Assembly: GCA_046350815.1 (NCBI GenBank)
Contig: JAXLZO010000001.1
Coordinates: forward strand, 480,001 to 512,000
Reading direction: 5' to 3'
Length of the DNA stretch: 32,000 nucleotides
Source: Candidatus Saccharimonadota bacterium
GTDB lineage: Bacteria > Patescibacteriota > Gracilibacteria > BD1-5 > UBA2023
The notes below the pieces were generated by a model that was not told the DNA's origin, did not search any database, and saw only the letters and a list, made by a program, of their open reading frames with translations. The position numbers and the translations under genes are program-made. Of the stretch, positions 1 to 10,164 are shown piece by piece. Position 1 is the first letter of the stretch, and each line of letters opens with the position of its first letter.

Positions 1-1649
1 GTATGAAAGAAATGAGTGAGCTATTGGTACTTCCTATTCTCCCTCAATCAAAGCTCGATCTAATTAAATCTGCATCTATTTCTGAGAAGGTGCCAGTGAG
101 CGGAATGCTCAAATATACTGGTCGTGAGACAAATGAAACCACGGGTGTAACAAAGTATTTCTTTGAAAAGTCAGCATCATCATCTTTTCTTGCTTCAAAA
201 CTGGTGTTTGCCTTCTACGGTGACAATACAAACGTATTTCAAGAGAGTATTGGACAGGCATCATATATTCTCCCATCGACATGAACTGGGATAAACTCTA
301 TGGGTGAGTTTCAAGAAATTATGTTGGAAATTCCAGAAGTTCTCGCCGTTTTCCCGAACATAAAAACTCTTCCATGAGAACTCAGAAAGCCGCTGTGACA
401 GAGTATTATGTTCTTGAAAAAAACATTTCCTGAGGGGACTTTTTCTTCGAATCTTCCACCGGTTATAACGAGTACTATCTTACAAGATGATCCGATTTCT
501 TATTCTGGAGTTGTTGCAAGTATTCAGGAGTGACTCAAGGCTATGAAGAAATATCCGAAAAATGATATACTTGTAACTCTTGAGCAAAATAAGAGCAATC
601 TCCAAACGCAATCCGGCACATCCCTTCCAGATCCTGGATATAGCTCTATTATTACAAGTCCGAACAATCAAAAACTTTTTGTAGCAACAGGATCATTTGT
701 GTTTCGTGGTCAAGCGCCTACTGGATCGGATTCTATGACGATCAATGGATTTCGATTGACTGAATTTCATGGTCGAGATTTTGCTTATCGTGCAAGCAAG
801 GAGATTGGTACATTAAAGAATGGTTCAAATACCTATGAGATAGTTTTCTGGAAGAAAAATACAATTCTCTCTCGAGAAAATATTGTCGTAGAATTAATGA
901 TTGATCCAGCTAAGGCTCAGATTCGATCGAGTGAAGTATATGAGCTCTATCATCCTGAAATAGCTTTGGAACGACGCACAGAAGCTATTAAGAAAATACA
1001 AATCCTCATTGATACAATTAAAACATATCCAGATACAGCATATCTCAATGAACTCTGAGAAAAAGCAACAATTACGGTTGCATCTCTCGCTCAAGAGCCG
1101 ATGAGTGATATGCTCTGGAAAAAACTAGAAACTATTTTTATAGACTCTTGATTTGAAGTAGTGCAGAAGAAGCTGAGTGTCGATGAGCTCAGGGATATGG
1201 TAAAAAATGACAAAAGAAGTTATGATCTTCTCCTCACGGGTATCTACCTTGGAAAAGAAGGGAAGGATATTTTCTCATTTCTCCACTCTCATGGCATAGA
1301 GAGTGGGTATAATTTTTGATGAGTGAGTGATATTAAACTCGATGCTTCACTTTCGGAACTCCGAGATATTGCAAGTGATGGAGCACGATTTCATACTTTA
1401 ACTAATCGAATTGCTGATAGAATAGCAAATGAATGATATCTCTATCCACTCGATATGCGCACCCAAATTGCTTATGTTCGCAAAGATATTGTGAATCGAT
1501 CATGAATAACATTGCAACGCTTGTCGAGTTTGGAAGATGTCGGTTTACTCTTTCCAGAGAGTGGTCTGAACGCAAGCTATAGACTTGATATGAACACAAA
1601 ATCTCTCAAAGGATACTTCCAATTTATCGACACTCTTTTTCACAAATAA
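1..1649 (+). CDS. Large extracytoplasmic protein, 3' part only (5' end outside the window). The C-terminal ~200 aa resemble family-5 ABC substrate-binding proteins (peptide/nickel type).
   Basis: Frame 3 is open from the window edge to TAA 1647-1649 once in-frame TGA is read as Gly. This joins track ORFs 3-284 and 543-1058. The C-terminal pattern (...SYDLLLTGIYLG...GYNFGG...LDASLSELRD...IADRIANEGYLYPL...) looks SBP_bac_5-like. Confidence 0.45.
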
Positions 1650-1655
1650 ATTTTT

Positions 1656-2732
1656 ATGTCTGAGCATGTGGTTGACCATCATCATACAGAAACTCATCAA
1701 GCAAAAGATGAGACTTTCGTTGATCATAGTCAACTTCATGAAACACACGAAGAATGACATGTATCGTCACATGATGATACACATGCTCATGGAAAATGGA
1801 ATTTTCGCACAGAAGTGGCCTATCCAGCGTGGGAGTTTTCGGCGACAAGTATTGGAAATACCGCAAAAAAATTCAATTATTTTCCTTCGCTCATAGCAGC
1901 AGTCTATCTTGCAGCAGTTCTTTTTTATCAGCTGTTTTCGACGTATAGTGTTATTTTTGGAAAAGGAAATCAAATTATCGGCATCATTCTCCAATTCTTT
2001 CATAGTATTACGGTTTGGGAAATTCTTTCCACGGTAGTTATATTTTACTGTCTCATGCTTTTTTTTGGTCCCATTGCTCATGCCGGAGTCATCTCTCTTA
2101 TTGATTCCGAAGAGCATAAGCATCATCAAAGCGCGACCAAAGCATTAGGGATAGGGCTATCACATTTTTTTGATCTTTTTGAGCTTCATAATCTCGTTGG
2201 AATTTTTAACCTTCTCTCGGTTATTACTTTTTATGCGTTTCTTCTGAGATTGTTTGATTTTAGTTATATTGTCCCTATATCTTGGTTTATTTTTATATAT
2301 TTTATCTTGGCAAATATAGCCAATATGTTGTTCTCCTATGCACCTTATCATATAGTATTTTGAAAAAAAACATCGTTTCAAGCACTTACTGCATCAGCCA
2401 TTCAAGCAATTACTCATCTTGATGTTACACTGAAAGTATACTTGAACTATCTTATCGTGAGTGTGCGAACTATTTTCATAGGTATTATCATTCTCCTTAT
2501 TCCATTTCTTGCTTCGTGGCTGATTGGATGGTTTGGCTTTGAGCCAGATATTTCTACCATATTTCTTGTGATAACTATCCTAACAGCACCTTTTATCCTC
2601 TTTCTTGCTCAGGTAAATAGCGTACTAGAAATCTTTTTGATAGGATTGTGGTATAGAGCCTATCATCTCACGAATGATAGTCATGGAGGGGCAAGCACGG
2701 ATCATCATCATCATGATGATCACCACCACTAA
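1656..2732 (+). CDS. Polytopic membrane protein with His-rich N- and C-termini; function unknown, possibly metal-binding.
   Basis: ATG 1656 lies 6 nt after the upstream stop. One frame joins track ORFs 1815-2363 and 2442-2732 through TGA, ending at TAA 2730-2732. The N-terminus is MSEHVVDHHHTETH...HETHEEGHVSSHDDTHAHG (12 His in 46 aa). The C-terminus is ...SHGGASTDHHHHDDHHH. Several hydrophobic helices lie between. Confidence 0.7.
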
Positions 2733-2809
2733 TCATATTCAGAAAGGCTTATAAACTTGACTATTTTTCCGAATCGATATCATAGTAGCTTCATTTTTAA
2801 ATAGACAGA

Positions 2810-4141
2810 ATGGAACTTGGTGCCCCCAGTAGTGGCCATAGCTCACTTGATCCGACCACTGCGATCGGACTTTTCTTTGTGCTTCTTTTTGCTCTCATGT
2901 TTTTTGCAGGGACAGAAATTCCTCTCATGAGTGTTGCAAATCATAAGATAGATGGATTTATCAAGCAAGGAAGAATCGGAGCAAAGGCTTTGAAATATAT
3001 TAAGCGGCATGCGGAGAGATTGCTCATCGTGAACCTCATTGGTACGACTATTGTGACGGTCTGGATATCTTCGCTTGCAACAGTCGCTGCATCGGGGGTA
3101 GCATCCTTGTTTTGACTCTCTTGACCTTATACGATTACAATATGCGTATTAGCCGCAACTGTGATTATTCTTCTCTTTGGTGAAATTGCGCCGAAAGTTC
3201 TCGGAGTACGTTTTAGTGATTCGGTAGCCCTCAAAGTAGCTCCGATCTACCGAGTTCTCATGTGGATACTCACTCCGCTCAATTGGATGATTGAATGATT
3301 TACACGTTTTCTGACTCTGATCACTGGTGGAAAGCATGGTGATATTCACTCTCATCGGGTGACAAGTGAAGAAGTAGAAGCATTTCTTGAAATGAGTGAA
3401 GAACATGGTGTGGTTGAGGAGATCGAGCATCGACGTATCAAATGAGTATTGGATCTTGCTGATACTCGAGCGGAGAGTGTGATGACCCCACGTGTCCAGG
3501 TAGAGTTTATATCGCTATGAAGCACCGTATGAGAGGCTCTGGAACGATTTTTCTCTGCATCTCATACAAGGTTACCAGCTTTTGGCGAGAGCCCTGATGA
3601 TATTGATTATGTCGTGAGTTTTCGCAAGGTAGTGGAGTGGCATCGTAATGGTCTCGATGAAACAGAGCTCAAAGACCTTCCTCTCGAGAAGATCATCAAG
3701 ATACCATTGACCAAGAGAATCGATGATCTTATGGAGATATTCCAAAAATCTAGAAAGCATATTGCGCTCGTCCTTGATGAGCATGGGGGAGTGGCTGGTG
3801 TTGTGACGATGGAAGATGTGATCGAAGAAGTATTCGGAGATATCAAAGATGAAAAAGATGATGAAGAGGTTTATATCCGTCATGTATCCGATGGCAGCAT
3901 CTCAGTCGTTGGCAATACTTTGATCGAAGATATTCTCGAGGAATGTGAGATCGGCGAGATCGAAGAAATTGGGTTTCGAGAAGAACACTACGGCGAAGCG
4001 ATCTCCTATCTCATCATTGAGCGACTTGAGAGATTCCCGCGTGAAGGGGAAGTGCTCACATTCTGACCGCTTCGCATCGAAGTTGATTCGATCGATGATG
4101 GTCGAATTGAGAGAGTGAGTGTATCACGAGAGAAGAAATAA
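2810..4141 (+). CDS. CNNM/CorC/TlyC-family transporter (DUF21 membrane domain, CBS pair, CorC_HlyC C-terminal domain).
   Basis: Track ORFs 2810-3115 and 3614-4066 are in one frame and are linked by TGA codons, ending at TAA 4139-4141. Motifs seen: GEIAPKVLG, EEHGVVEE..RRI.GVLDL....SVMTPR, HIALVLDEHGGVAGVVTMEDVIEEVFGDI.DE.D. Confidence 0.85.
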
Positions 4142-4150
4142 TGCTTCGGC

Positions 4151-4192
4151 AAAAATAATCCTCAATAATGAAAGCCATTGAGGATTATTTTT
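4151..4192 (+). terminator. Intrinsic terminator after the CNNM gene.
   Basis: Perfect 16-bp stem aaaaataatcctcaat (4151-4166) / attgaggattattttt (4177-4192) with a 10-nt loop and a T-run at the 3' end. Confidence 0.7.
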
Positions 4193-4283
4193 GCTTTGAA
4201 AAAAGAAATATTATTGAATATCAGCTTTTAATGTTTCGAAATTACAAATCCTAAAGAATGAGAATACATTGATATATAGTATT

Positions 4284-5036
4284 GGGTCTAAACCAGTTGA
4301 CAGGATAAATTATCCCATAAACTTGGCTCTATGATCAGTAAAACTACCTATAGGAAAAAATCACGAATTTGAGATGCAAAAATAAGAGAAATTGTGAAAT
4401 ATTTTTCTCTGGATTTTACTTCAGATAAAACAGCGGTATTAACAGGTCTCAATCCAAAAACAACACAGGATTGGTATAGATATATCAGAAAGGCGATAGC
4501 CTTTCTCTGTGAGAGAGAAAAGAATGAAATATGGACTGGAAATGTTGAGATAGATGAGAGTTACTTCTGACCAACAAGAGTCCGATGAAAGAGAGGAAGG
4601 TGAGCTGGTATGAAGACAATAGTCTTTGGTTTACTCAAAAGAAACTGAAAAGTATATACTGAGATAGTTCCTGATGTAAAAGCAAGGACTCTCGTGCCAA
4701 TCATTCGATGAAAACTTCGTATAGAAGAGTCTGAGATTAACAGTGATGGATGGTGAGCTTATGATGGGCTTGTAGATATTGGATATGAGAAACACTACCG
4801 TGTTCATCACGGAGCAAATGAATTTGCAAGATGAACTCAACACATTAATTGAATAGAGTCATTTTGGAGTTATACCAAAAGAAGACTCTCTCAATTCAAT
4901 GGAATCAAGAAAGTCTACTTCTACTATTTTTTGAAAGAATCTGAATTCAGATATAATTGTCGTATTCAATGAAAAGATATTTATAAGGAAGTGCTAAAGT
5001 TACTTCGTCAATATAACCCGTAACTGGTTTAGACCC
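4284..5036 (+). mobile_element. IS1595-family (ISXO2-like) insertion sequence, apparently intact.
   Basis: Perfect 15-bp terminal inverted repeats gggtctaaaccagtt (4284-4298) / aactggtttagaccc (5022-5036). They are flanked by the direct repeat tagtatt (4277-4283 and 5037-5043). The element encodes a DDE_Tnp_IS1595-like transposase. Confidence 0.85.
4331..5023 (+). CDS. IS1595-family DDE transposase.
   Basis: 230-aa ORF once about 10 in-frame TGA are read as Gly. Motifs seen: IDESYFGP.RVRGKRGRGAG.KT.VFGLLKR.GKVYT, SDGWGAYDGL...GY.H..V.H...EFARG..HINGIESFWSY.KRRL..F.GI. The stop TAA 5021-5023 overlaps the right inverted repeat. Confidence 0.85.
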
Positions 5037-5111
5037 TAGTATTTTATGGTTATAAATTGTTCTGCATGATTCAAATTCAGGAGGTAGTTATGCAAAAAAA
5101 TCCAGCTTTTC

Positions 5112-5585
5112 GTGCACATGCATGGTTGGATAGTTTCCAGAGCACCCAGTAGATTTTCTTTCTGGCATCTTTCTAGGTGGGTGTTCTTTGCATCTGATCT
5201 TGCTCATGCAAGGATGCTTGTGCCGATTCTTTGGGTGTTGATACTCTTTCAGTTGTTCGTCTATTGGTCAGCTAAGAGGAAGCGTGCCGATATTGCTGAA
5301 TTTGCAGTGAAAAGATTGCAAACAACGCTCAACTCCATGGTATTTGTTGTGTTTTCAGATTTTGCGATAACAACTTATCTGATCTCCACTCTACCACTCT
5401 CGCCACCTCAGCCGGAGTTGAAGCGTATTCTCAGTATTTTTCTGTTGGATTCAGGTGTGTTTTATGGACTTTCTCTTGTTCTCGGGTTTGTGATAACAAA
5501 CATCCTCGTAAGACATGATGCGAATATTCATAAAATCAAACGTTGAGGTTCAATCTTTGGCTCGCCTATGGCGGGCTTTTCTTAG
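5112..5585 (+). CDS. Hypothetical membrane protein.
   Basis: Track ORF 5112-5546 (GTG 5112 or ATG 5118) continues through TGA to TAG 5583-5585. The sequence has hydrophobic segments. It has no SD of its own, and an SD-led 20-codon mini-ORF (5090-5152) overlaps its 5' end out of frame. Confidence 0.5.
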
Positions 5586-5642
5586 ATTTCTTATTTTTGA
5601 TCATTCATCATTTATAGTACTGACAATCCAGAATCGATATTC

Positions 5643-5670
5643 TTGATTTTGCAAAAATAATACCTATGAT
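5643..5670 (+). promoter_or_regulatory. Sigma70-like promoter for the small-RNA candidate.
   Basis: TTGATT (5643-5648), 16-nt spacer, TATGAT (5665-5670). Confidence 0.4.
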
Positions 5671-5757
5671 ACCGTCAGCCCTTCGGGGTCACCTATCGAG
5701 AGAGTTCCTCCTTACCTCTCTCGTGGGTGCCGTCGCCAAATTTAGCGACGGTTTTTT
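5671..5757 (+). ncRNA. Candidate small RNA of about 80 nt; family not recognised.
   Basis: The region sits in an intergenic gap and has its own promoter. It has a CCC-UUCG-GGG hairpin (5679-5688). It has a perfect 8-bp stem cgagagag (5697-5704) / ctctctcg (5716-5723), extendable by CACC/GGUG, closing an 11-nt loop UUCCUCCUUAC. It ends in the terminator ccgtcgc (5730-5736) / gcgacgg (5745-5751) followed by T6. Confidence 0.45.
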
Positions 5758-5782
5758 GTTGTTTCTTTTCATCTCCTTTGTC

Positions 5783-5810
5783 TTGCATTCCTGAGGCTTT
5801 TCTCTAGTAT
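5783..5810 (+). promoter_or_regulatory. Sigma70-like promoter positioned for a leaderless or near-leaderless transcript of the PriA-like gene.
   Basis: TTGCAT (5783-5788), 16-nt spacer, TAGTAT (5805-5810). The ATG lies at 5817, only 7 nt after the -10 element. Confidence 0.35.
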
Positions 5811-5816
5811 GAATCT

Positions 5817-6626
5817 ATGTTATATCAAGTTGTATGCCTCGAGTCCGGGATGGGACTGGATGGTTGGACCTACCGATCAAATCAATCTCTTGCTCCTGGA
5901 ATGTTGGTGGAAGTGCCACTACGAAAGCAGCACGTTTTTGGTATGATTTTGAGAGAAATATCGAATGAAGACATGACGATTCTCTATAGTGAGATTGAAC
6001 GAATTTACGACTGAGTGAGGATTATGAGTGAACAAAAAATACAAGTACTTACCTCGCTCGCTCTTGAATATGCGATGCCAATTTCCAAGATATTTGCGCT
6101 TTTTTATACCAAAGAATTACTTGCCTCGCTCGCTCATCACAAGCCTCAATCAAAGCTCGGTACTTCTCACTCCATTATTGAACCTGGTGCTGGAGAAATT
6201 CATATTACCAAGTTTATGAATCAATTTCTCCAAGATGATGGGGTTCATTCATTTCCATATGAGCGATTGAAAATCATGGGGATCGAGAATGATATGAAAC
6301 TTATCTCATCGCAATCCACTCAAAAAGAACGTCGAACAGTATGGATAGAGAGTCTTCTTGGTCAACGTTCCTCACTCTATGGGACGAGAGAAGTACTGCG
6401 TTGTCCAGTAGAACATTATTCACAAATCACATACTATCTCCCACATATTCACGACGAATGGTATCATATGCTCCATCACTATAGAATACTCGATGTTCTG
6501 GAAACTATGCGAGTATATCTCGGTATAAAAATACGCATCGTTGCCCCACGTCTGTCGAGTGAACTCATCGGTTTGTATCATTTGCATCAATATCAACTCT
6601 TTGAAGGACATATATGAAATCTATAA
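5817..6626 (+). CDS. PriA-like protein, short and degenerate (N-terminal DNA-binding region plus a remnant of helicase lobe 1).
   Basis: Track ORFs 5817-6014 and 6015-6617 join in one frame through TGA, ending at TAA 6624-6626. The N-terminus ...GMLVEVPLRKQHVFGMIL... is PriA 3'BD-like. LISSQSTQKERRTVWIESLLGQRSSLYGTREVLRCP matches the PriA pattern lHS.ls..eR...W.....G...iviGtRSAlF.P. The Walker A position reads PGAGEIH and the DEEH position reads HIHDEWYH. There is no Zn-finger region or second helicase lobe. Confidence 0.55.
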
Positions 6627-8932
6627 ATTTTCAAAAATTTCGTTATCGAATGAATTTCATGATTCGACATATGGGTCGGCTTGAACTTCTCTCATTTTTC
6701 TTTGTCTTTGTTGCATTTATTCTGCTCTCAGCAGCTTTTCGCTACACTATTATTGATGGCGATTATTATCGCACACTTGCCGATAGGCAACAAACCGCAA
6801 AGATTACGAATAGCGTCTCTCGAGGGAGTATTTATACCAAGAATGAGCCGATCGGTGTTCTTGCTACGAGTGCTGACCTCCCAGACCTTGCTATCGATCC
6901 AACTGCAAGTGGCTCGCATGATGCACTTCTGGATTTTCTCGTGCAAGTATATCGTCGAGAAGCGTGTGGTATTGCTTTTGATCTCTCATGTGTAGAACGT
7001 TCGTATGAGCTCATGCGCATGCCGCTTGCTCAAGGAGCAAAAGTTACTTCGCAAGGTCTTGATGGGACGATCCGATCTTTTTTGCAAACGAAGTTGTCAC
7101 AAGAATATGTGACAAGCTCTCTCCTCAAAGAAAATCTCACACCCAAGGAACTTGATGCTTTTGTACAGTTCACATCGAACAATCAAGTGGGATCCGGTAT
7201 TTATTTGATTGCAAATAATATATATGTAAATCCAATGCTCATATCATTGTCTGATGATCAAAAGAAAAATCTGCAGGATATATTTGGTCTGACAAATGCT
7301 GATCTTACAAAGAGCTTGCTTCAGAGAAAAGTTCGCTATATCAAAGTTCTCTCACAAATGTCTTTTGCAACGAAGGAATTTATTGATGAGAGGCTCTCCC
7401 AAACTGCATCTCAGATGGGAAATGATGTATGAGATATCAAGAATTTTATAATCATCGAGCCGAACCCATCACGTTATTATCCACAGAAGAGTGTATGAAG
7501 TCAGATTACAGGATTTGTCGATAAGAATGGTGTTGGAAAATATGGTATTGAGGCATATTTTGAAAAAGAATTACAGTGAAGAGAGGGTGTTCGAAGTGCT
7601 AAAAAAGATATCCATGGGAGGACTATTGAGAATTTTGATCTTGATAATGACCGCACTATTAATGGTTCGGACATTACACTTACGATCGACCGTAATATTC
7701 AGAAATACCTTGGTGATCGACTGGAACGAGCTACAAAGGAGTTTCGTGCAAATCGTGTGTCTGCTGTCATTCTCAATCCAAAAACAGGAGCGGTCATTGC
7801 TATGGCGAGTGCGCCAGGTTATGATCCAAATGAATATAGTCGAGTGTATGATCTTGAAATGGTAAACCCAGATGATCATGAAGATATAGGTTTTGATTTT
7901 CTCGGAATGCCACTGTTTGTGGAAGATGCTATCAAAGGAACATCAAATGTAGTAAATGGTCAAGTAGTAAAACTACGTGATGCGACAGAAGAAGAACGAG
8001 AAAACCCACTCGTGAAGAAGTATCAATACAAGAATAGTGTGGGTCCACTTGCATACATGAGTGATCCAGTTGCATCGTTATATGAACCAGGATCTATCTT
8101 TAAGCCGATAACCGTGGCCATTGGAATCGATAGTGGTGAAATTCGTCCATCTGACGTATATTATGATGCTGGATCTATCAAGATTGATCAATTTACTATT
8201 AGCAACCTTGCAAAAGAATGTATCGGACAACATACGTATACACATGCTTTGGATTGGTCGTGTAATGTGTGAATGATTGATATTGTAAAGAAAGTGGGAA
8301 AAAATATTTTCGCAGAATATATTCGTGATTTCTGATTTGGAATTCGTACAAATATCACCATGAAGGAAGAAGTATTCGCAGAGATCGAGAACGTCGATAA
8401 GTGGAGTCGATCAAAGCTCTATACGAGCTCATTCTGACAGGGTATTGCAGCAACACTCATACAAATGGCAGCAGCGTATGGGGTTCTCGCAAATGGTGGT
8501 ATCTATATGCAGCCATATCTTGTGGATTCTATCACACTCCCGAATGGACAAGTACAAAAAACTGAACCGGTAGAGATGCGTCGTGTTGTAAAGTCCGAAA
8601 CAACAAAACTCGTGACAGATATGATGGTAGAAGGCGCAACGATCTGATATGCAAAGAAAGGTGCTGTTCCATGATATAAAATTGCTGGTAAAACAGGTAC
8701 ATCGCAGATACCATCACGAGGATGATATGAGAAGGGTCCTAATGGTGAAACTATTGGACGAACCTTTACTTCATATGGCTGATTTGCTCCTGCTTATGAT
8801 CCAAAATTTGTACTGATTGTAAAAGCAGAACGACCGAGAACAGGTCAATATGCTGAGATAACAAGTGCTATCGTATTTTCAGATATTGCAAAATATCTGC
8901 TTGAATACTATGGTATACCAAAAGATCGATAA
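6614..8932 (+). CDS. Class B penicillin-binding protein (FtsI/PBP2-type transpeptidase).
   Basis: ATG 6614 overlaps the upstream gene end. Track ORFs 6614-7432, 7757-8272 and 8465-8647 join in one frame through TGA, ending at TAA 8930-8932. There is an N-terminal TM anchor. Catalytic motifs seen: SIFKP (SxxK), WSCNVG (SxN) and GKTGTS (KTG). Confidence 0.9.
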
Positions 8933-8980
8933 AACCTATACCAAAAACTAAAACTCCGTTTGTCTACAAAAAATACCTAG

Positions 8981-10060
8981 ATTCTAACCCTAAACGCAAC
9001 AAAACTTGGAAACATATGTCATGGGGAATAGAGTATGCCGATAGGCATACTCTACAACCTATATACCACATAATTTCCTATGCAACTTACTCTTGGAGAA
9101 CTCTTTGTAATAAAGGCCTTCGTATCTGAAGGATATATCGATAGTGAGATAGCGAGAAAGGTTGGACGGAACCGATCTATCCTCACTCGATTATTTCAGA
9201 AGTATGATCGTGATACATTCGATCCTGAGAAAGTTATCCGAGACCGTACGGAAAGGAAGAAGATAAGATCTCTCGCGTATTGTCGGATTCATCCATGAGG
9301 AGAACTTGCTGGCTATATCGATACAAAGATCCGGGATGGGCTCTCTCCTGATCAAGTAGCTGGAAGCTGGATCAAATACCAACAAGAGAAAGGAATCATC
9401 GAGAAGCTCTCCAAAGACACCGTGTACGCATTCGTCTATGAGCAAATGCCAGAACTCATAAAAATATACTTTCGTCGTAAAGGAAAAAAGTATCGAGATC
9501 GCAAGCAGGAGAAGGTTGTCTGAAAGTACCAGATTCAAGAAAGACGAATGATCGATGAACGACCGAAGGAAATTGAGGAGAGAGCAAGGATTGGAGACTG
9601 GGAAGGAGATACGATCATCTGAAAAGATCGTAGGTGAGCCATCTTGACTCTCGTTGAGAGAAAAACAGGGTACCTGATGGCTCATAAGTTGGAGCAAGGG
9701 AAAAACACTGAGTGAGTCACAAGTGCAGTAGAAAAACTTTGGAGTAGTATGCCTCATGAAAAAAGAAAAACTCTCACCGTAGATAACGGACGAGAGTTTG
9801 CTGATCATAAGATGTTTGAATATAGTACCAAGACGATTATTTACTTCGCTCACCCATACCATTCATGGGAGCGAGGAACCAATGAGAATACGAATGGACT
9901 CCTAAGAGAGTATATCCCAAAGAAGACTAACTTCTCCACTATAACACAGGAGCAACTTGATATTTTCGTGGAAAAGATAAACTCCAGACCAAGAAAGAGG
10001 CTTTGATACTTTACCCCCAATGAAATGTTTCATCAAGTTTGTTGCGTTTCGGTTTAGAAT
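8981..10060 (+). mobile_element. IS30-family insertion sequence.
   Basis: Imperfect terminal inverted repeats of about 28 bp: attctaaccctaaacgcaacaaaacttg (from 8981) versus the reverse complement of caagtttgttgcgtttcggtttagaat (10034-10060). Three positions differ. The transposase stop lies inside the right repeat. The exact right boundary is ambiguous because tagaat is duplicated (10055-10067). Confidence 0.8.
9080..10057 (+). CDS. IS30-family DDE transposase.
   Basis: Track ORFs 9080-9298 and 9749-10006 join in one frame through TGA, ending at TAG 10055-10057. There is an N-terminal HTH region. Motifs seen: RIGDWEGDTIIGK, TVDNGREFA, HPYHSWERGTNENTNGLLREY.PK. Confidence 0.9.
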
Positions 10061-10062
10061 TT

Positions 10063-10100
10063 AGAATACTCAACTTCTCATTGGGTATTCTTTACTTTTC
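10063..10100 (+). terminator. Intrinsic-terminator-like hairpin immediately after the IS30 right end; possibly the displaced PBP-gene terminator.
   Basis: 11-bp stem agaatactcaa (10063-10073) / ttgggtattct (10081-10091) with one G-U pair and a 7-nt loop, followed by ttacttttc. Confidence 0.45.
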
Positions 10101-10164
10101 ATAAGAACTGTGATATTCTTACTACCATACACATACACCTTGTATTTTATTGTCATCGTATACT

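Noticed and set aside
9191-9862. A 223-aa minus-strand ORF, the longest uninterrupted ORF in this part of the track.
   Set aside because: It lies entirely antisense to the IS30 transposase, whose DDE motifs are unambiguous. The antisense translation is low-complexity with no recognisable motif.
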